Positions 54,877 through 64,000 of a DNA stretch of 64,000 nucleotides are shown here, piece by piece. The notes under the pieces were generated by a model. That model saw nothing but the letters and a program-made list of their open reading frames with translations, had not been told where the DNA came from and searched no databases. The DNA is from Octopus sinensis (taxonomy: Eukaryota). The stretch lies in assembly GCF_006345805.1 (NCBI RefSeq), contig NC_043005.1:36146001-36210000 (forward strand), written 5' to 3'. How positions within the stretch are numbered: position 1 is the stretch's first letter; every line of letters starts with the position of its first letter. Both the position numbers and the translations under genes were made by a program.

Positions 54877-56504
54877 TATAATGATAATAATAATAATAAT
54901 ATTGATAGCTTCTACAGAATGTTTAGAATGTTTGTCATTTAGGGACAGGAAAGATTAGCAAGGAGGGTTTTAAGCATTTGAAAGACTATTGAATGCTTGT
55001 GGATAACTAAAGTTACAGGTACTAACCCGCTATCCACATAAATTCTACCACGAATAAGAATGAAACTGAGTCAAATCAATCACAATTTTGGCCCAAGATC
55101 AGCAATTTCTCAGTAAGTTGACCACAACGTGCTCAAGACACTTAATTCAATAGCATAGCCCATGATTCAAAAGAACAGTTCAAATAGAACAATCTTCATA
55201 TACAACACACACTCTATGCAACAAACATCTAATAATCTAAAACAGCCGAGCCCGTAGCACCACATGTACAAGAAACTGAACCCCATAACAAAGTAAGCCG
55301 GTGTTCTGCTCCAACAGGAGTAGTCAACACTCGTCGAATCTCGACAAATAAGATAAAACACAAAGCTGCAATCATTTCAGTATCGTTCTTTGCCTGCCAT
55401 ACCACTAGCCATAAATAGTTATAAAGGGATGACCAAAAGTCAGAAAACATAAGAAATGCTGTTAGCGTAGCAGCTGAAGCCAGCAGATCCAACATGCAGA
55501 TCACAATATGCAGTCAAATTTCGTGACATTTGTCCCACACCTTACGTATTATATTGTGACCTCTATATTTCAAAATATTATATCGATTATTGCTTTTGTT
55601 TCTCTAAAGTTGATAACATTTCCAACACAAATATTAATTTTGTGGCTAAGGAAGATGAAAATAGTTCCTTACAAAAAGATTTAAAGTATTTTACAATGAA
55701 ATTAAAATTCTAGAGTTATGTACCCCTAATATTAGAACTTGGGAAATTATCCAATTCTAATACTTCTTACAATTTAATACATTGGAATTATTACATCGTA
55801 GTTAAAAATATTGGAGTTATCATATCAGTTAAAAAATTAGGGGTTATATTATTAAAGTAAACTTTACTGTAATAAATTTTGTGATGCTGTTCTCATTAAA
55901 ATCATTAAGTTGGTGTTAACATATCTAATGACAAAAGAATATCTCTAACTAACGTTTTAGGATTCCATACTGATTATTACGTAATACTTGATATGCAAAT
56001 CAGTCTAATCATTTCACCTAACTTCAAGATTGTATCTGATTTAAATAGCGATTTGGAAACAGTGCGGGGTGCTCATCTTCTGAGAGTGGCTAACTACCTT
56101 TGAAATATATCACCATTAGCTGCTCATTTTTCTGTGTGCAAAGAGGATAATATGTAATTAGATTTGTGTACTGTCCACAGCGTAAGCGTTGTATTAAAGT
56201 CATATGCATTCTAACGTGTCATTTGTGCATCAAATATTTATTAGATATATTAAACGAGTGCGTGAACAACCGAATGGAAGTAGCACTCAACACATATAGT
56301 GGGGGTTTTATTCATTGAGTAACAGGTCACAATAGGTCTTCATATTACTTAGAGATTCGAGGATGTGAAAACACGACCGTCTTCTGAAACACTTGTTAAC
56401 TCTTCTTCCAGATATGTGAGGAGATGGTTTTCACGTGCACAAAACTTCAAATTATATTAGAAGCTAAGTTAATCTGTTAATCAATAATTAGACATGGTTA
56501 AGTT

Positions 56505-56705
56505 GGTGAACAGGCAGAATTCTTAACATACCGGACAAAATTCTTAACAGCATTTCGGTCGTCTTTACGTTTTGAGTTCAATTTCCGCAGAGGTCAACTT
56601 TAACTTTTATCCTTCGGGATCGATAAAATGAGTACCACTTGAATACTGGGGTATTCGACTTATTCCCATCCCCGAACTTGCAGGTCTTGTACCAAAATTT
56701 GAAAC
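56505..56705 (+). mobile_element. SINE family B, degenerate
   Basis: Head, B box and CGATAAAATGAGTACCA core. Confidence 0.78.
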
Positions 56706-57214
56706 CATAATATTTACAATAATTCTGTTTAGCCATGCTAAATTCTGTAAATTTACTTTGGTAAGTAGGTACAAGACTAAGTTTTGCTGTTGAGATTATA
56801 GTAAGACTGAACCATGTCCAGAATATTATCCCATGTACATTGTAAAATATCCATGGTGATATGACATTGTCTAATATTTTTTACTACAGTTAAAATGATT
56901 CAGGTGTAAATTACGTTAACTATAACACATATAGTTACCCCCATAAATTGTACAGGCTTCATTTGATTGCTTCCATCATGTTGCCAGGGTTATTTTTTAT
57001 AATAAACATGAGTGGAATAGGAAACAAACTCAATTAAACATTATTGTTTAAGAAAAAATGTTTGGTATAATATAAAATAACACACCTTATCGAAAACTTC
57101 AAATCAAATTGTATGCACATAACGTTATTAAACTAAATTATTTCTAAAATATACGTTGTGCAAGCTAAACAAGAACGCGCAGTTAACAACAGACATACAC
57201 CAACATATGTATGT

Positions 57215-57276
<62 letters not shown>

Positions 57277-57419
57277 GAAAATACTTAGGTGCATGCGTGT
57301 GCAAACAAGAACAAATGCATAAAGAAAATGTCAAAGTCAATGCAAACTCCTTAAATGTTTTTTTTTAGGATTTCTGATAAAGTTGATTGTGTGTAACATC
57401 AGTGTATAGTAGAGTTATA

Positions 57420-58510
57420 TCAGAACGTAAAGACATACGAAAAACCACTAAGCATTTCGCCCGGCGTGCTAACGTTTCTTATTTCTTTATTGCCTACAAG
57501 GGGCTAAACATAAAGGGGACAAACAAGGACAGACAAAGGGGTTAAGTCGATTACATCGACCCCAGTGCGTAAGTGGTGTTTAATTTATCGACCCCAAAAG
57601 GATGAAAGGCTAAGTCGACCTCGGCGGAATTTGAACTCAGAACGAAAAACCACTAAGCATATCGCCCCGCGTGCTAACGTTTCTGCCAGCTCGCCGCCTT
57701 CGTTGAAACTAATATTAAAGAATATTATTTTATAATCAATACGAAAAAATCTTGTGATATCGATATAAAATTCTTTCTCATTTTGGCATTAGGTCAGTAC
57801 ATTTGAGGGGAAGGGAAAATCGATTACATTGACATCAGTGCTCAAACGGTATTTTCTTTATCCATCTCGGAAGGTTGAAAGGCAAAGTCAACCTTGGTGG
57901 CATTTGCCCTTAAGATATAAAGCCGGAAGAAATGCCACCAAGCTGTTTGTTTGGCATACTAATTATTCAGCCCTATCCGGCACACTATAATGGTCTCAAA
58001 TTTTGGCACGCAGTCAGTAGATTTCGTAGTGTAGTGAAGTCGATTACGTCAACCCTAGAGCTCAACTGGTACGTATTTTATCGATCCTGATTGAATGAAA
58101 TGCGAAGTCGATCTTGGCGGACTATAAAAAAATAATTACTTTCTAATTTTGATACAAGGCCAGCTAATTGGAAGGGAGGGGAGAATCGACTACAATTCCC
58201 GACCCCAAAAGGATGAAAGGCAAATTCGGTGTCGGTGGTATCTGAACGAAGAACGTAAAGAGCTGGAAGAACGTAAAGAGCTGGTAAGCATTTTGTCCGG
58301 CATGGTAACGATCTGCCTGCTCACCACCTCAACAATAACATATAATATTGCTTTTGAAATTTGGCACAAGGTCAGCAAATCCGAGGAAGGGCGTAATTCG
58401 AATTCATGGACGCCCAAATGGATGAAAGGCAAAACTTACCTCGCCAGAATTTGATCTCGGAAACGGCTCAAAATGCTACCAAGATGTTTGCACGAAGTGC
58501 TAACGATTTT
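57420..58510 (-). repeat. Cluster of about five same-orientation family B SINE units
   Basis: Near-complete copy at 57480-57700, then degenerate units starting near 57780, 58000, 58145 and 58355. Confidence 0.78.
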
Positions 58511-59144
58511 GTCATCATCAGAAACATCATATAACATTAGACAATCTAACAACTGGCTTCATTTTTCTGAGGTTCAGTAAGTGTTGTCATTTTAAAATAT
58601 TTAAGGACAGACTTTCTGAGAAGAAAAAAAAAAGAAAATAGGGGTTACTGTAAGGTTTCAGGGAGTTATTTGATGCAATATAGCTGAAAAGAACAAGGAA
58701 TACGACCTGGTTTAAATGGGATACTGAAACACACTGTTCTGGGGGACAGCAGCCATTACAGTAGTGGTAGAACAGGCAGAGTGAAACAACACTCATGCCT
58801 GTTGGAGTGCATTGGAGAATCATAATGTTTAATAAGTTAGGTGGAGGTATACCAGATGCAGTCTATAAGGTATCCACTTGTGCCGCATCGTATATGTGCG
58901 TGTGCTCTCAATCACATGGGCAACATTCGTCTATTTCTTGAAAATGGGGTAATAACCCCGAAATACAGAATACAAGGAAAGTCTACATTAATTCACATAT
59001 TTGTATTCTTGTGATTTACCTAGCATTTACTTCGCATTGTTTTGGCCTTACCCACGATCCTTTATACAATATATATATATATATATATAATATATATATA
59101 TATATGTAAGTGTGTGTGTGTGTATGCGTATATATATATATTTT

Positions 59145-59790
59145 ATATGTTTCCACTTTTATCGCATTCAAAGTAACCTCCATTTGAAGCAATGTATCGG
59201 TCCGGACGCGTTTTTCACTGTTCGAAACAGTGCTAGAACTCTTGCGAAAGTATTTTTCTTCACCTCTTCCACATCTACATATTCCGGGGTACCAGTTTTC
59301 CAGGACGCACCAGTCATATCAAGTTCGTCAGTTGTTCGGTAACAGTCCTCCAAGATCATTTCATGAATTTTCATGATGTTTTCATTCGTTCGGGAGGTCG
59401 ACGGTTCCCCTGAACGAGGTTGGTCTTAAAGCGACAAGTGACCATCCCTAAAGCATGTGAACCACTCGTAAACATCTGTTTTGTTCATGGCAGTGTCCTT
59501 GTAAGCTTTTTGAAGCATGACAGTTGTTTCGACCGCCGTTTTCCCCAGTAGAAAACAGAATTTCATGGAAACACGCTGCTCCTTGGTTTCAGCCATCACA
59601 AAAATTGACGAACAGCGGAAAAGCACTGTAAAACATAGGCATACCACGTGGTTGTACGACTTCAGAGGATGACGCCGGTTGGAAAATGAATGCCTGATGG
59701 TCGCATCAACTGGCTTCCAGTGGCATAAGCCTGAATTACAAAGGGCTTGTCCCACAGAGAAGGCTTCCATTTACTTTTGGGTACGTCCAT
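59145..59790 (-). mobile_element. Mariner, internally deleted
   Basis: N-terminus MAETKEQRVSMKFCFLLGKTAVET...VYEWF is joined near 59290 to the C-terminus DVEEVKK...RYIASNGGYFE. No WVPH or YSPDL motifs; TIR-like end at about 59764-59790. Confidence 0.85.
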
Positions 59791-59832
59791 ACACACACAA
59801 ACATAGACGCATATATATATGTGTATATTTTA

Positions 59833-60080
59833 TGCGCCCTTTTAAAGCCTAGCCAGGCTCATGGGCCCGGGTTCCCGGTTTCTATGGCATATATGTTCCC
59901 CAGCAGGGCGGGACGCCAGTCTATCGCAGTGTTACTCATTTTTGCCAGCTTAGTGGACAGGAGCAACGTGAAATGAAGTGTTTTGCTCAAGAACACAACA
60001 CGTCGCCCGGTCCAGGAATCGAAACCACAATCTTACGATCATGGTGCTGACACCCTAACCACTAAGGCAGGCGCCTCCAC
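59833..60080 (-). mobile_element. tRNA-derived SINE family D, tail variant 1
   Basis: Reverse-strand A and B boxes (CTTAGTGGTTAG, GGTTTCGATTCC) and GTGTTCTTGAGCAAAACAC core. Confidence 0.88.
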
Positions 60081-60088
60081 ACACACAC

Positions 60089-60139
<51 letters not shown>

Positions 60140-60140
<1 letters not shown>

Positions 60141-60460
60141 AGACACCCTTCGGTCATGACTGACCATGGGATTGCACCTAGAAAGTTACCCTACCAGGCA
60201 CAAGTCCGGGCAAGGTTGTTTATGGAAGACCAGCAGTCGCCCATGCATTGTGGCCTATCCTCCCTACATCACCAGTGTTATCCAAGGGAAAGGTAACGGC
60301 TGATACAGCTTGGCACTTGTGACGTCGCAACAGATTTCTACAGCTGAGTGAACTGGAGCAACGTGAAATAAAGTGTCTTGCTAAAGAACACAACACTCAG
60401 CCCGGTCTAGGATTCGAACTCACAACCTCACGATCGTAAGCTCGACGATCTAACCACTGA
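60140..60460 (-). mobile_element. tRNA-derived SINE family D, tail variant 2
   Basis: Same head and core as 59833-60080 with a different 3' tail. Confidence 0.85.
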
Positions 60461-60492
<32 letters not shown>

Positions 60493-61056
60493 TCATAAGT
60501 AAGCGGAACCAAAATTGAAAGAAATTCAAAACTTAAAATTAAGACGCCCACGCGAACATTCGCATGCTGCTTAAGAAGACAATGTTTAAAATATTTTAAG
60601 ATCCATACTGTCTTTAAAACTTAACTTTCATAATATTACATCAGCCATAAATGGGTAGAAAATATAAAACAGAAAACTATTTCCAGTAAAATTATCGACT
60701 AAATAGATTGGTATTTAAAGCGGATGATTAATACTTTAGCTTAATGTTTATTGAAATTGATATTCTTTAATTCAATTTTAACCCAAAGCCTAGCAGGAAG
60801 ACGGCATTTAGGTTATAGTAGGTGCAAAACGGCGTATGTTTTATGAATCTCTATTAAATCGATATTCTTTATATTTAAACTCAAAACTTAGCTGGAAGAT
60901 GATGTATTTTCAGGGTACATCACGTTCAACGTCGGGTATATAATATCAATGTTTATGAATTCATAATTAAATGAATATACAAAAATTATATAATTAAGTA
61001 ATATATAACCTAAATTCAGAATTGATTCACTTCTCGATGCATCATGAATTAAGTAA

Positions 61057-61141
<85 letters not shown>

Positions 61142-61410
61142 CTGCCGCATAAACATATATGAGTGCATATATACATATACATACCGATATGTATGTTATG
61201 TGAGTGTTTGTGTGTGTGCGTGTCTATGTGTCTATACATATACTTCGATGAACATAGATTTACATACATACATATATGCACACACACACAAACACTTATA
61301 ATATATTTATATATATATCTATATATATAAATTATATGTGTGTGTGTGTACTATATATACACATTCGCATAAGTGTGTGTATACCCTCATACATATATAT
61401 ATATATATAT

Positions 61411-61472
<62 letters not shown>

Positions 61473-61521
61473 TATATATATATATATTATTTATACGGTG
61501 TGTGTGATTGTGTATAGAAGA

Positions 61522-62636
61522 ATATATTAATAAAAGGAATTCCAACCTTGTCTGATTTTGGTGGTTACTCAAAGGTATCTGACGGACCTCTGGGTCTCTA
61601 ATCTGTTGCCGGTGTACACGTGAGCGTTCTGATAGTGCGCTTCCCGTCTGACCTACATATATTTCTTCACAATTTGGGCATTTGATGCAGTAAATTAAAT
61701 TTCTGCTTTTGCAGTTCATATTCGCGTTTGTGAATATTTTCCTGGTTTTTGCGTTTATATATTGGCCGGGATGTATGAATTGGCATGTGCCACATCGGTT
61801 ATCATTGCATTTAGATACAGTGAATGTTTGGTCTTTGTTGCTAAGGTCAAATTTTGCCTTTGTTAGTAATTTTTTCAAGTTTTTAGGTCCGTCAGATACC
61901 TTTGAGTAACCACCTAGCAACATGTGGCCGGAAAATATTTATAATATTTCCATTCTACAAATTACACAGCCCTAGTGAAATCGAGAGGAAAATTAGAGAA
62001 AAGAATTTTATTGATAAATTCGAACCCAAGCTAAATAAGCAATAATAATAATAATACTTAGATAGCAGGAAAATTATCTTATTTAGGGTTAAAAGTTCTA
62101 TTGCCACCACCATCACCACTAGCAACAATAATTAAGGTGCTGACAATGATGATGATGACAATTGAAATATAAAAATATAAAAATCTCTGACAAAGGCTAT
62201 TTACAACATTTCTAAAAATAGCCCAACAATTAACTGCTTCGGCCAGGGTCAAGATACAGGACTCTTGACATGTCCAACAAAGCGTGACGCCTAAACCATC
62301 AGCTCAACCACCAATCAGCTAAAGTAATTGAGTGATACTACACACTGATTGGTCAGAATACAGTTTGCAAAATCTAGCATCTGGAGCCTACACAGCTGTA
62401 TTTAAAGCACAGATTCAATCATCTCGCTGCAGTCAAAAATTGTGAAGCATGACTGTCACCATTACTACATGAAGCTGAAGATTGCAGAATTTAATGCATG
62501 AAAGTACTAGTTCAATCAGAATGAACATTTAACATTCTATTATTTTATTTTATTTTATTATATTATATTATATTATATCATTATAAGATTGTAAATAAAA
62601 CGTGAAAATCAGACAAGGTTGGAATTCCTTTTATTA

Positions 62637-62642
<6 letters not shown>
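61522..62642. mobile_element. Penelope-like element 3' end (GIY-YIG endonuclease and 3' UTR) with inverted 5' segment
   Basis: Minus 61560-61888 encodes KCNDNRCGTCQF...NLIYCIKCPNCEEIYVGQT...RVHRQQI; plus 61885 onward continues RQIPLSNHLATCG...REKNFIDKFEPKLN. 38-bp perfect terminal inverted repeat. Confidence 0.9.
62470..62514 (+). ncRNA. Type I hammerhead in the PLE 3' UTR
   Basis: TGAAg CTGAAGA t TGCA gaatttaa TGCA t GAAA gtac TA gTTCA. 4-bp stem II, palindromic stem III AGTACT, stem I with a G.G mismatch at the first pair. Confidence 0.68.
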
Positions 62643-62654
<12 letters not shown>

Positions 62655-62682
<28 letters not shown>

Positions 62683-62890
62683 AAGTTAATCCAAACAAGA
62701 AAGCACAAAAAACACAACAACGCGAGGACGTAGAACAAATATAGTATTATTGGACGCTCAGGAAAGAAGGAAAGAAGGAGGGTGTAACGTTTCGAGCGGA
62801 GCTCTTCGTCGGATACATAGGAGAAGGAAAGATCCAGAGAAAGGAAGACAGAGGAAAAAAATAGACACGGTACACTCGAGGTCACATTTT
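62655..62890 (-). mobile_element. Short hammerhead-bearing repeat (probable pLTR) in (TA)n
   Basis: Minus strand CCGACGA a GAGC tcc GCTC GAAAC GTT at 62786-62812; related to the 14199 and 20165 copies. Confidence 0.65.
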
Positions 62891-63049
62891 GAAAGACCAG
62901 AAGGAAGAGGTATATATATATATAATATATATATATATATATACTATATAAGCATATGTATACATCTTATACACACGCGTATATATATATACATATATAT
63001 ATGCGTGTGTGTGTGTATATATATATATTCAACAATAAATAAAAACACG

Positions 63050-63212
63050 TGGGCCGTTGGCGATTTCTTCGTTTCCTTCTTTGGACGTTTCCTTTTCTCC
63101 TTTCCAACTAAGAACTATGCTCAAAACAATAAACTCTCTCCTTTCACCGAGCGTCTAGCTAATACACACCTTGTGAAAGTTCTCATTTTCGTAGTTTTTA
63201 ATTCGTTTATTT
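63050..63212 (+). mobile_element. Degenerate copy of the short hammerhead-bearing repeat
   Basis: TTTCCAACTAAGAACTATGCTCAAAAC...GAGCGTCTAGCTAATACAC parallels the reverse complement of 14199-14365. Confidence 0.55.
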
Positions 63213-63249
63213 GAATTGTTTGTTTATTGAATATATATATGTACACATA

Positions 63250-63596
63250 TAACATATGGGATAATCATAAACAGAGCAAATTCTAGCCATTTCCCAGCAG
63301 ACTGCAAAAAAAAAAAAGTGATAAGCAGCCTTAATGGATTTTTGAACCTCATTAGGTTTTCATAGAGAAGTCTATATTATTCTGACAGCCTCCAGAGAAA
63401 CGAAGCAGCCAAACTGTTTATATAATCAACAAATGCATCAGTTACTCGATGAAGGAGTCCTTAATTTGCATACCGAAAGTACCAGCGGGCTGTCAACGGA
63501 GATCTTAGTCCACACAACATCAAGGTATGATATAATATATATGTAACATACGGTATAATTATAAACAGGGCAAATTTTAGCCATTTCTCCGCAGAC
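63250..63596 (+). repeat. 53-bp direct repeat, 294-bp period
   Basis: TAACATA.GG.ATAAT.ATAAACAG.GCAAATT.TAGCCATTTC...GCAGAC at 63250 and 63544. Confidence 0.8.
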
Positions 63597-63619
63597 ACAC
63601 AGACATTTGTATGTATAGG

Positions 63620-63905
63620 CTCAAATGTGGTTGTGTTATAAAAAACTTCCTTCGCTACCACATGGTTCTGGGTTCAGTTCCACTGCATGGAAACTTAGGA
63701 AAGTGCCTTGTACTATAGGCTCTGGTCGAACCCCCCCAAATCACTTGACAACCGATGTTGGTGTGTTTCGTCCCCCGTAACTTAGCAGTTCGGCAAAAGA
63801 GTACGATAGAATAAGTACTATGCTTACTGGGGGCGATTTGTTCGACTAAAGGCGTTGCTCCAGCATGGCTACAGTCAAATGACTGAAACAAGTAAAAGAA
63901 TATAA
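63620..63905 (+). mobile_element. SINE family A with internal deletion
   Basis: Head GGTTCAGTTCC and tail GACTGAAACAAGTAAAAGA; the microsatellite middle is missing. Confidence 0.85.
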
Positions 63906-64000
63906 GAACAAAAGAATCGCGACACTCCACTTGTAACCTCTTGTCGGATATGTTGTCAGTGGATACTTGCACGTTGGCAGAGGGAATTATTTGTATCGCC

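Noticed and set aside
55167-55504. Non-repetitive ORFs of 64-91 aa
   Set aside because: No recognisable motif or splice signals; cannot be supported as coding.

Overview
AT-rich eukaryotic, repeat-dominated DNA with no supportable host protein-coding gene. It looks like intergenic or intronic sequence of a cephalopod, most likely Octopus; this is inferred from the SINE families and the extreme (TA)n/(CA)n/(CTAT)n/(TAA)n load. Almost all listed ORFs are microsatellite translations. Real coding remnants all belong to decayed transposons: three mariners, a Tc1, a pogo-like element, a Gypsy LTR element with a tRNA-Ser PBS, two Tx1/L1-like LINE pieces and two Penelope-like elements (PLEs). There are also many tRNA-derived SINE copies and two hAT MITEs. 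The most interesting signal is non-coding: about a dozen type I hammerhead ribozyme (HHR) motifs on both strands in several unrelated flanking contexts. They include near-intact ones at 12538-12584 and 33099-33181, a U3:A8 compensatory core variant at 33663-33700, and one in the 3' UTR of a fold-back PLE insertion. PLE-associated hammerheads are an established phenomenon; whether these families or variants are undescribed cannot be determined without searches. All structure calls were made by eye.
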